Positions 56,770 through 64,000 of a DNA stretch of 64,000 nucleotides are shown piece after piece. Source of the DNA: a virus; the IMG/VR virus record IMGVR_UViG_3300009509_000009, positions 15,666 to 79,665 of that record; one strand, given 5' to 3'. Within the stretch, counting starts at the first letter, position 1. Each line of letters opens with the position of its first letter. The translations under genes and the position numbers were made by a program. Under the pieces are notes generated by a model that did no database searches, was not told the DNA's origin, and saw only the letters and a list, made by a program, of their open reading frames with translations.

Positions 56770-57221
56770 AGTGGGAGACGGAGTGCTCGAAGTGTGGCTC
56801 GATCAAGTACAACAAGTACTGTGTCGAGTGTCTTCGCATGCTCAGAAGGAACAGGAGGCTGGACACCAAGAGGCGGCTGGCTTCAAATCCTTCGTGCATC
56901 AACTGTGGAGACGACGCCAAGTTCGAGTACTTCATCGTGCCCCCACACAAAGCGAAGGACAGTCCCCCTGCGAGATGGTGCCCACTCTGTGATCGATGTT
57001 GGGACAACTGGCTCGAACAGGGGGACTACCCTCCGCTGCTCACAGGTCCATTCCTCCATGACTGCAGCTCAATCGACAGGCCACTCATGCAGGACGAGAG
57101 GGACGCGCTCAAGTATGGAAGGAGAGCGTTCTCACATGACGCCAGCACTGGTCTACTAACAATGGACTGGCGTAGATCAGGAAGACCCAAGCGGGCATAC
57201 AAGAAGGACGAGGAACCATGA
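56766..57221 (+). CDS. Cys-rich hypothetical protein
   Basis: Four CxxC pairs; ATGA coupling. Confidence 0.65.
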   Translation: MKWETECSKCGSIKYNKYCVECLRMLRRNRRLDTKRRLASNPSCINCGDDAKFEYFIVPPHKAKDSPPARWCPLCDRCWDNWLEQGDYPPLLTGPFLHDCSSIDRPLMQDERDALKYGRRAFSHDASTGLLTMDWRRSGRPKRAYKKDEEP

Positions 57222-57400
57222 GCATCACGAGGCAGAACACTGTCTGGTGCGATGGCTGTAACCAGTGGGAGCAGAGATCGTATTCGGTGAAGCACATCAG
57301 GATGGAGCTCAAGAGGAAGGGGTGGACCAACATCAGAGTCGATGGCAAGGTCTGTGACTTCTGCCCGGAGTGCTCCAAGAACAGAGAGAAGAAGGCATGA
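57218..57400 (+). CDS. Small Zn-ribbon protein
   Basis: CDGC...GW...DFCPEC. Confidence 0.7.
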   Translation: MSITRQNTVWCDGCNQWEQRSYSVKHIRMELKRKGWTNIRVDGKVCDFCPECSKNREKKA

Positions 57401-58866
57401 GCTTCTATCCAGAGATGTGTGGTCTGTGCTTCTCGAGGCCAAGCGCGCATGTAACTGAAGAGGGCCTCTTCATCTGTGGCCCGTGTCACAAATCGATCGA
57501 GGCCATCAAGAAGGAGAGCCCCAACGTTGTAGACCGCAAGCGTAAGGACCCAAGCGCGCTCTGCTGTAAGTGCGGCATCTGTTGTGTCGTCTTGAGCGCG
57601 AAAGTAGAAGATGAAGAAGCCAAGAAGTTCCACCAGCAGGCACTCAATGATGGGATAGGTCCTCAGAACTTTGGTGACGTCTTCACCCTCGAGGAGATAG
57701 GTCCACACTCTGGTGATCTAGTCTTCCGTTTTCCCTGTGAATACCTCAGAGGGAAGACGCTCGATTTCGTCTCATGCGCCGGTTATCATCTAGATCGTCC
57801 AGCAGTATGCCGATCTTATCTCTGTAAAGTGGCGATCAAATACAGCCTAGGTTTGATCACGATCGAGGAGGCGCAATTCACTCTTCGCTCCAGTTTTCTG
57901 TCAGGCCATCTTGATCTCTTCAACTGGACTCATCCAACCGGCGATGATCCGGACGCTTTAGAGCAGGAGGTCGATGAGCAGAAGCTGATCTTCTACAACC
58001 ATCTGAACGAACAGGCGCAGCGGATGATAGAGTCTGGCACTCCACGAGATCTCGTTGGAATGGTCGTCTCTGCTCAGATCACTCCGGTCCTCGACTTCAA
58101 GAACGCGGCGTGCCACGTCCTCTTCAACATGCACATGCAAGCGTTTGATCGAGAGTACATCGAGCCCCGAGTCTACATCGAGGCGGACGAGGTCGACAGC
58201 TGGCCTCCCGAGAAACAAGTCTTCGCAACTCAGATCATCAGACAGGTCCTCGCCGAGCTCCGAGATCTGTTCGCAACAAAGAACGAGCTCGCTCAGATAG
58301 AAGGAGAACGTGATGGGCAAAGCAGACGATCACAAGAACAAAGCGGCAGAGATGGCGGGCAAGCCTCCGAAGAAGAGCAAGCCGAAGCCGGGGACAGCGG
58401 TGACGACGTCGATCTCGGTGGACGAGAAGGAGTGCAACATAGCGGACAACATCCTGAGGGTGCTCGAGCAGGAGAAGGGAGCGGAGATACTGCGGATGCT
58501 GCGGGTGAACAGGATCAGCGTCCTGCGCCTGGCGATGGGGATGGGCTTGAAGGAGCTCATCAAGAAGGTGGAGAGCGGCGAGTCGATCCTGTGAGAGTCG
58601 CTTGCTGCCGTGAGCCCAAGCTCCGAGGCGGTCGCTGTGACAACTGTGGTCAGTGGTCTGAAGAGGCAGAGCTGAAGCCAGTCGATGTTCTCCAAGGCAA
58701 CCCAAACAGACAGATCATCGAGGACATCATGGGCATGATAGCAGAGAACTGCACGTGCCCGGGTGAGTGCCCAGTACATGATGATCCAAGAGACAAAGAG
58801 CCGTTCGACCTCGAGTCCGACGGTGTAGATGATCTGGACTTTGGATTGGAGGAAGATGATGGATAA
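57397..58866 (+). CDS. YkgJ-like CxxCxxCC cysteine-cluster protein (ORF reads through a nested gene)
   Basis: 'CCKCGICC', 'PCEYL', 'RPAVCRSY'. Confidence 0.65.
   Translation: MSFYPEMCGLCFSRPSAHVTEEGLFICGPCHKSIEAIKKESPNVVDRKRKDPSALCCKCGICCVVLSAKVEDEEAKKFHQQALNDGIGPQNFGDVFTLEEIGPHSGDLVFRFPCEYLRGKTLDFVSCAGYHLDRPAVCRSYLCKVAIKYSLGLITIEEAQFTLRSSFLSGHLDLFNWTHPTGDDPDALEQEVDEQKLIFYNHLNEQAQRMIESGTPRDLVGMVVSAQITPVLDFKNAACHVLFNMHMQAFDREYIEPRVYIEADEVDSWPPEKQVFATQIIRQVLAELRDLFATKNELAQIEGERDGQSRRSQEQSGRDGGQASEEEQAEAGDSGDDVDLGGREGVQHSGQHPEGARAGEGSGDTADAAGEQDQRPAPGDGDGLEGAHQEGGERRVDPVRVACCREPKLRGGRCDNCGQWSEEAELKPVDVLQGNPNRQIIEDIMGMIAENCTCPGECPVHDDPRDKEPFDLESDGVDDLDFGLEEDDG
58313..58594 (+). CDS. Small basic protein nested in ORF 57397..58866 (ribbon-helix-helix-like)
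   Basis: AAGGAG RBS; typical codon usage; 'TTSISVDE...RISVLRLAM'. Confidence 0.6.
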   Translation: MGKADDHKNKAAEMAGKPPKKSKPKPGTAVTTSISVDEKECNIADNILRVLEQEKGAEILRMLRVNRISVLRLAMGMGLKELIKKVESGESIL

Positions 58867-59209
58867 GCGACGTACAGGAAGGACTAGAAGAGCGCTTGCT
58901 CAAGCTCTCATCAAGGCGAAGTCTCATGGCATCGGAGTCTTCGTCGTCAGCACAGATCCAATGATCGACCACTGCGACGAGATTCTCTCCGAGTGGCTTG
59001 GTTGGGGGTGGATCAAAGACGTCGACCTGCCTCGGCTTCGTGGGTTCAGGCTCCATCGAACGACCTTCGAGAGGAAGAGCCGAGGACACTGGCATGTCTG
59101 CTCTGCTGGTCGGTGGGGAGACCTCTACATCGTGAAGCACGGCCGCCAGGGCAACACCAAGGTGGCGGTGTTCCTCGATCACCTAGTCACGGAGCCAGAC
59201 GATGGATAG
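58856..59209 (+). CDS. Hypothetical protein
   Basis: GGAGG RBS; 'RRTGRT' N-terminus. Confidence 0.6.
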   Translation: MMDKRRTGRTRRALAQALIKAKSHGIGVFVVSTDPMIDHCDEILSEWLGWGWIKDVDLPRLRGFRLHRTTFERKSRGHWHVCSAGRWGDLYIVKHGRQGNTKVAVFLDHLVTEPDDG

Positions 59210-60473
59210 GCACGAAGCAAACAGACAGCTCTGCAAGATGCAGGGAGAGGTAGCCGATCGCTTGGAGCTCAAGACCATCTGCACCTGTGGCGACACAGCA
59301 GAGTGGGTAGGCGAGGTCCCGGACGAAGTGATCTCAGAGCTATGGACTCTCATCGCCGACGGCTACCTCTTCAGGCATCTCAGAGAGATCATCAGCAAGG
59401 AGAGGCCAAAGGGAAGGCGCCTCAACCTCGAGGAGCTCAGTCCAAACAAGACCATCATTGGCGAGGACGAAGTCGCCATCGGCGTGGCCAACGTAGAGAG
59501 CCTCTCCAAGCTCGAGCTCTACAAGGATGGGCCGATCTCTATGGGCTGTGGGTCTCCGAAGCCCTGCTCGATCTGCGAGGGAAAGGAGCCAGACTTCGTT
59601 CCTGGTAAGGAGCCTGGAGAGGTCGTCATGAAGGCGCGCAGATTGATTGATGCGATGGACGACCCAGACCCAGTGACAGCGATGCTCGACATCGCAACAG
59701 AGCGAGCAAAGGAGCGAGAGAATGAAGATAGGGATCGTGCCGGCGAGCAAGCTGACCACAAAGAGCCTCTCAGCGAGTCACTACCTGGAGGGCGAGGACA
59801 GGTGGGTGGACAGGGACGTGACGGTGAGGATCAAGGGGAAGTCAGCTACGTGGCTCCGGAAGATGCAGATGAGGGAGCTATCACACAACTTGGGCGCGAA
59901 GTCTCTGACCCAGATGGTGCAGGAGATCGTAGATTCGGCTCGGCGGTCATCGACGGAGAAATCAACCCGATCCCAGTAGCCGGCGTTGGTGGTCTGATGC
60001 TCAAGGCAGTAGGGCCGCCCAAGAAGTCTCCTGGATATCCTCCACGCACTGATCTCCCTGAGATCGCTGTGCCTCCATTCGAGGGAGGAAGGACAGGAGG
60101 AGAGTACATCGAGCCAGAGCTCGCCAAACCAGCTGAGTCAGTCCGACCAGTCACAAGGAAGCTCATACAGAAGATGGTGCTTGAGGGAACATTTGATCTT
60201 CTCGGATCAGAGTTCTATGAGGGCCAGCTCGTGGAGCTCCAGCCCGTAGAGGGAGGTCCGAAGTTCATAGTCACAGCCAAGGAGCTCGCTCGTCTTCAGC
60301 AGGAGATCCACAACAAGTTCGTTGAGGGCCTGCGGAAGGCCCCAGGGATCGAGGTCGAGGAGTGCAAGGTGAGCTACTCGCCCAGCATTCCAGTGTGTGA
60401 GAAGTGCGGTCGGCACATGGACTACCTGGGCAACCACGACTTCATCTGTTGGAAGTGCTCGAGGACGGAATGA
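59202..60473 (+). CDS. Hypothetical protein (ORF reads through a nested gene)
   Basis: 423 aa; possible internal start near 59997. Confidence 0.55.
   Translation: MDRHEANRQLCKMQGEVADRLELKTICTCGDTAEWVGEVPDEVISELWTLIADGYLFRHLREIISKERPKGRRLNLEELSPNKTIIGEDEVAIGVANVESLSKLELYKDGPISMGCGSPKPCSICEGKEPDFVPGKEPGEVVMKARRLIDAMDDPDPVTAMLDIATERAKERENEDRDRAGEQADHKEPLSESLPGGRGQVGGQGRDGEDQGEVSYVAPEDADEGAITQLGREVSDPDGAGDRRFGSAVIDGEINPIPVAGVGGLMLKAVGPPKKSPGYPPRTDLPEIAVPPFEGGRTGGEYIEPELAKPAESVRPVTRKLIQKMVLEGTFDLLGSEFYEGQLVELQPVEGGPKFIVTAKELARLQQEIHNKFVEGLRKAPGIEVEECKVSYSPSIPVCEKCGRHMDYLGNHDFICWKCSRTE
59722..59979 (+). CDS. Small protein nested in ORF 59202..60473
   Basis: AAGGAG RBS; protein-like 85 aa. Confidence 0.55.
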   Translation: MKIGIVPASKLTTKSLSASHYLEGEDRWVDRDVTVRIKGKSATWLRKMQMRELSHNLGAKSLTQMVQEIVDSARRSSTEKSTRSQ

Positions 60474-60682
60474 CGATCCTGTATGAGCCTTCTGATTACA
60501 GCACAGTGTTCACCGTCGAGGAGCTCGGCCAGATGCTCCACATCAGCAGTCTGCGGGTCATTCATGGCTGGCTCCGAGACGGAACACTGAGAGGCAAGAA
60601 GATCGGTAGACAGTGGCTTGTCACTCGAGCAGAGTTCAAGCGCTTCGTGGCGCCGGAGGAGGATGATGAGCAAGAAGAGTGA
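60470..60682 (+). CDS. Excisionase-like HTH (HTH_17) DNA-binding protein
   Basis: 'FTVEELGQMLHIS...WLRDGTLRGKKIGRQWLV'. Confidence 0.85.
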   Translation: MTILYEPSDYSTVFTVEELGQMLHISSLRVIHGWLRDGTLRGKKIGRQWLVTRAEFKRFVAPEEDDEQEE

Positions 60683-61088
60683 GCAGTCGCTTGACTCCAT
60701 ACTGGACAGCCTGTCTCCCGAAGATCGCCAGTGGCTAGAAGCTGAGCTACTGATCTACAGCAACGCTTGGCTGTACAGAGAAGATGAAGATCAGCCCTAT
60801 AGAGTCTTGAGCTCTAAGCGCATGCTCGAGATTCAGAAGGAGGAGCTCGAGAAGGTCAAGCGCGCAGAGTACAGAGCCCAGGGCCTGTGCGAGGAATGCG
60901 GCGAGAACCCCTGTCACATCTACTGCAAGCTGCAGACCTACAGAGCCAAGAAGGTAGTTCCACAGATCAATCCAGTCTACCCGAGCGCAGAGGTGATCAG
61001 AGCCTTTGGTGTTTGTTCAAACTGCGGCACACAGCTGATCGGCAACTGGTGTCACGGATGCGGGAGAGAATGGGATGCAGAAAGATAA
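60663..61088 (+). CDS. Zn-finger hypothetical protein
   Basis: CEECG, CSNCG, CHGCG. Confidence 0.65.
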   Translation: MMSKKSEQSLDSILDSLSPEDRQWLEAELLIYSNAWLYREDEDQPYRVLSSKRMLEIQKEELEKVKRAEYRAQGLCEECGENPCHIYCKLQTYRAKKVVPQINPVYPSAEVIRAFGVCSNCGTQLIGNWCHGCGREWDAER

Positions 61089-61395
61089 GTGTGATCTGGA
61101 TGACTGGAGCAGGCTCATGCACTGGCTTCTGGAGAACTGCGATAGAGTGTGGAGGGGTTCGGAGCTCTTTGAGGAAGCAGCTGAAGCCCTGAAGCTCAAT
61201 CAAGAGATGGTGACCAGGATGATCCGAACGAATCGCCTGGCCCAGTGCTCGTTCCATGTGCCAGCAACTATGCCTGGCGTTAGGGTTGTGCGAGATCTTC
61301 CAATGGCAAAGGTCCCGTACTACACAATCGACAAGGGACACGTCGAGGAGGGCTTGGTCTTCCTGGACAAAGCGATGATAGATGGGAAGTGGTAA
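61075..61395 (+). CDS. Hypothetical protein
   Basis: 106 aa. Confidence 0.55.
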   Translation: MQKDKCDLDDWSRLMHWLLENCDRVWRGSELFEEAAEALKLNQEMVTRMIRTNRLAQCSFHVPATMPGVRVVRDLPMAKVPYYTIDKGHVEEGLVFLDKAMIDGKW

Positions 61396-61635
61396 ATGGA
61401 GATCGAGATCAACATGACCTGCATTTCGGACCACTGTCCGAAGTGCCACTCGAGCACCGAGTTCGTAGAGGACATCGGAGACGTAGAGATTCCCAGCACG
61501 CTGGAGATTCTCTTCGAGTGTACCTGCGGTCTCAAGTATGTGAGGAAGATCAAGCTGGAAGTCGTTGAGCCGTGCATCCACTGTATGGATGCCCCAGAAG
61601 GAGGCACCTGCATCTATTGCGGTGCGGGCGGCTGA
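61396..61635 (+). CDS. Small Zn-ribbon protein
   Basis: CPKC, CTCG, CIHC, CIYC. Confidence 0.65.
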   Translation: MEIEINMTCISDHCPKCHSSTEFVEDIGDVEIPSTLEILFECTCGLKYVRKIKLEVVEPCIHCMDAPEGGTCIYCGAGG

Positions 61636-62189
61636 TGAACCTCACAGAGAAGCGCTTCTACTCTGAGCTGTACTCAACAGTTAGAGGGAGGGCTAGGAAG
61701 AGAAAGCTCAAGTGGGACTTGAGTCGTAGTCGGTTCGATCAAATAGTAGCTAGAGCAGATGGACGGTGTGAGGTGACTGGGATACCATTTTCCTTCGATC
61801 ACGTCCGTGGGGTTTCCAGACGACCGTGGGTACCGTCGTTAGATCGCAAGAACTCGAGAAAGGGCTACACGAAAGAGAATGTCCGCCTTGTCTGTGTGGC
61901 TGCCAACCTGGCTATGAACGAATGGGGTGTTTCTGTACTAAAGAGGTTGGCGGACAGCATGACCGAGAAGGATATCACCGGAGAGCTTCTCACAGAGCTG
62001 CAATCCACTAGAGACATCAGAGCCGAACTAGACGCGAAGCCAAGGAGGCTCGTTCAGATAATAGACAAGGAGATCGACAACATGGTTGATGGGGTGGACT
62101 TCTTTACGGCTCCGTGTCGTTGTGTGCTGTTCACCAACACCGCAGCGAACATGATCAAAGATCGATACAGAGAGGAGAACAGCGGCTGA
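61635..62189 (+). CDS. HNH-like (beta-beta-alpha metal) endonuclease-domain protein
   Basis: 'CEVTG...PSLDRKNSRKGYTKENVRLVC..AN'. Confidence 0.7.
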   Translation: MNLTEKRFYSELYSTVRGRARKRKLKWDLSRSRFDQIVARADGRCEVTGIPFSFDHVRGVSRRPWVPSLDRKNSRKGYTKENVRLVCVAANLAMNEWGVSVLKRLADSMTEKDITGELLTELQSTRDIRAELDAKPRRLVQIIDKEIDNMVDGVDFFTAPCRCVLFTNTAANMIKDRYREENSG

Positions 62190-62341
62190 TGGATAGCGAG
62201 ACTTGGGTAAAGCTGATCGGCATAGTGGTAGCTCTGGCTATCTCAATCGCAGTCATGATCGGAAGATACAACTGCTGTCTGGATGCCGGCTACACTCATG
62301 ATCAGTGCGTGTACGACATCGCCTGCAGTAGCGGGGACTGA
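62189..62341 (+). CDS. Small membrane protein
   Basis: Single hydrophobic helix, Cys-rich tail. Confidence 0.6.
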   Translation: MDSETWVKLIGIVVALAISIAVMIGRYNCCLDAGYTHDQCVYDIACSSGD

Positions 62342-62559
62342 TGGACTTCGATCTAACCAAAGAGGAGAAGAACGCTATAGCGACTCTGAAGCGTCTCGCT
62401 AAGAGATGGCCCAAGTCGCTATGGCTCTTCGCCAACAGAGAGCTCACCGTTCTTAGAAGGAATGAGGACGGAGAGCAAGCCATGACGCCTTCGGGTCGAG
62501 TAGATCAGGACTACGTCGTAGAGACGATCGATCTGCCAGCAGATGGAGGTGGGTGGTGA
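62341..62559 (+). CDS. Hypothetical protein
   Basis: 72 aa; 'LAKRWPKSLWLF...DGGGW'. Confidence 0.75.
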   Translation: MDFDLTKEEKNAIATLKRLAKRWPKSLWLFANRELTVLRRNEDGEQAMTPSGRVDQDYVVETIDLPADGGGW

Positions 62560-62759
62560 GCCACGTTCACGAAGCAACGCATGTCACCAGCACAGACAAC
62601 ACCACATGGGAGGTGTGCTGGTGTGGCGCGACGAGGAGCAGAGACAGGAGAGGCACGTTGGGATGGTCGGGCTGGCACGCATGCAAGCTCTGCATCCTTC
62701 CCTGGATGGTAAAGGAGGTACTCGGTGAGGTACGTGAGGGAGGTCCACGTTCGTTGTAG
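62553..62759 (+). CDS. Hypothetical protein
   Basis: GGAGG RBS; CWCG, CKLC. Confidence 0.55.
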   Translation: MVSHVHEATHVTSTDNTTWEVCWCGATRSRDRRGTLGWSGWHACKLCILPWMVKEVLGEVREGGPRSL

Positions 62760-62943
62760 CAGGATCAACCCGAACAAGAAGAAGGGCCAATCCAAGATCA
62801 CAGTGCGGAAGCTGTGGTGGCCGCTGAGCGAAGCTGAAGTAGGAAAGAAGATCTTCTTCAAGGGCCATGAGTGGACCATTGACGAGATCATACACAACCC
62901 ATGGGAGAAGGAAGATGGACGAAGTGCAACTGAGCGAGCATGA
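62725..62943 (+). CDS. Hypothetical protein
   Basis: AAGGAGG RBS, GTG start. Confidence 0.6.
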   Translation: MRYVREVHVRCSRINPNKKKGQSKITVRKLWWPLSEAEVGKKIFFKGHEWTIDEIIHNPWEKEDGRSATERA

Positions 62944-63394
62944 GAAGGACGTGGCGGATCACAAGGACAAGGTCACTCGGGCCCTGTTCATCATAGCCAG
63001 AGCTCTTGAGGATCGAGCCAACACGCATGACGACAGCAAGATGGACGAGCCTGAGTTCAGCGCCTACTCAGAGACGATCCCGAAGCTCAAGGGCCTGCAG
63101 TATGGCACCGAGGAACACAAGGCTGTGCTGAAGCAGATGAAGCCGGCGGTCGAGCATCACTACTCGATGAACCGTCACCACCCAGAGTTCTTCGATGGTG
63201 GCCGTGAGGCTGGCGTCTGGGACATGAACCTCGTCGACTTCATCGAGATGATCTGCGATTGGAAGGCGGCCTCCATGAGAGGCGGAGACAACAAGGCCTT
63301 CTACAAGAGCTTGGACATCAACAAGGAGAAGTTCAGGCTAGAAAGCCAGGTAGTGGCGCTCATCGCCAACACGGCTGAGATGCTGGAGTTCTGA
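62915..63394 (+). CDS. HD-like domain protein (DUF5662-like)
   Basis: 'HDDSK', 'HHY..NRHHPE', 'EMICDW.AA'. Confidence 0.75.
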   Translation: MDEVQLSEHEKDVADHKDKVTRALFIIARALEDRANTHDDSKMDEPEFSAYSETIPKLKGLQYGTEEHKAVLKQMKPAVEHHYSMNRHHPEFFDGGREAGVWDMNLVDFIEMICDWKAASMRGGDNKAFYKSLDINKEKFRLESQVVALIANTAEMLEF

Positions 63395-63395
63395 G

Positions 63396-63659
63396 ATGAC
63401 TAACGGACTAAAGCACAAGTACAATATCACGAAGGCGGACGGCTCCCCAGCCAAGGGGCGCTATTTCGTCCTCAAGATCGACTCGAAGGACTCAGCACAT
63501 CGTAAGGCCTGTCAGGCGGCGGCGCTTATGTACGCAGAGATGATCCAGGAGCACATTCCTATGTTGGCCAAGAACATCCGAGATTCCATAAGCCAGAATA
63601 GGCGAGAGAACTCTTGGGATCTCTGGGATGCCTACTTGGGGCGTGTCGATGGTCGATGA
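63396..63659 (+). CDS. Hypothetical protein
   Basis: 'GLKHKY..KADG...YFVLKID' pattern. Confidence 0.7.
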   Translation: MTNGLKHKYNITKADGSPAKGRYFVLKIDSKDSAHRKACQAAALMYAEMIQEHIPMLAKNIRDSISQNRRENSWDLWDAYLGRVDGR

Positions 63660-63909
63660 CTGGGAGTGGTGGAACTGGGCGCTCTTCATCTCTGGCTGCA
63701 TCCTCTCCTCGGTGCTGGGCGAGTGGCATGTCCGCAAGCTCAACAGGAAGAAGGAGAATTTCTATGGGATGGACATCACCACAGACAACATGATCAGACT
63801 CATCGAGTGGACGATCGATAGATGGGTTGCTCGAGCTGTTAGGACCCTCACGGCCACGCTGGCATTCTGCTTCGCCTGCTGGTGGGCCTGGAGAGCGGTA
63901 TTCGGATGA
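63649..63909 (+). CDS. Two-TM membrane protein
   Basis: Two hydrophobic helices. Confidence 0.6.
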   Translation: MVDDWEWWNWALFISGCILSSVLGEWHVRKLNRKKENFYGMDITTDNMIRLIEWTIDRWVARAVRTLTATLAFCFACWWAWRAVFG

Positions 63910-64000
63910 GCCAAAGAGACAAAGCAGCGAAGAAGGAGCGCCATAGGCATGGACACGCCTTTGGCCCGAACAATGATCAGAGGAAGGCGCATGGGCACGC
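63906..64000 (+). CDS. Hypothetical protein, truncated by the window end
   Basis: ATGA coupling; frame open to the end. Confidence 0.5.
   Translation, partial: MSQRDKAAKKERHRHGHAFGPNNDQRKAHGH

Noticed and set aside
61635-62189. Mobile intron/homing element around the HNH-like gene
   Set aside because: The gene is free-standing and translationally coupled to its neighbours, with no interrupted host gene.
1-64000. Genome-wide stop-codon reassignment
   Set aside because: TAA, TAG and TGA all end well-defined genes, ATGA/TGATG coupling is common, and long genes are intact in code 11. The TGA at 52779 is treated as a local case.
1-64000. Bacterial chromosome rpoBC locus or contractile injection system (eCIS/T6SS)
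   Set aside because: There are no ribosomal-protein neighbours, the RNAP is reduced and divergent, and capsid, portal and terminase genes indicate a phage.
1-64000. CRISPR array, tRNA, rRNA, integrase
   Set aside because: No regularly spaced direct repeats, cloverleaf/T-loop signatures or recombinase motifs were seen by eye. A tRNAscan/Infernal run would be needed to exclude divergent RNAs.
1-64000. High frequency of CTCGAG and GAGCTC palindromes
   Set aside because: Explained by preferred Leu-Glu / Glu-Leu codons (CTC, GAG).

Overview
This window is a GC-rich segment of a large (probably jumbo) contractile-tailed dsDNA phage using the standard genetic code. Bases ~1.1-45.8 kb form a mostly + strand virion module with scrambled gene order: portal, a 2060-aa single-chain beta-beta' RNA polymerase, baseplate spike, lambda-gpA-type terminase, candidate prohead protease, major capsid protein, neck proteins, tail sheath and tail tube. 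About 18 uncharacterised head-region proteins are strongly enriched in a K-x-A(S/A) motif. Several of them share an N-terminal 'DEL-x-K-I-A' leader followed by Gly/Ala zipper segments, which suggests a protease-processed capsid cargo system. Short minus-strand cassettes are inserted in the module, each with a shared upstream motif (GT-H-ATAAG-nn-C-W-Y-TG) and usually a hairpin+TTAG 3' end. Bases ~45.9-64 kb are an accessory region of small genes: histone H1-like, MerR HTH, DHH phosphoesterase, SLOG/MoCo-carrier-like, DUF1599-like, vWA, YkgJ-like, HTH_17, HNH-like and HD-like. This region also has a candidate U-x-x-C selenoprotein with a SECIS-like hairpin. I saw no tRNA, rRNA, CRISPR array or integrase. 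All product calls come from motif recognition by eye, not database searches.
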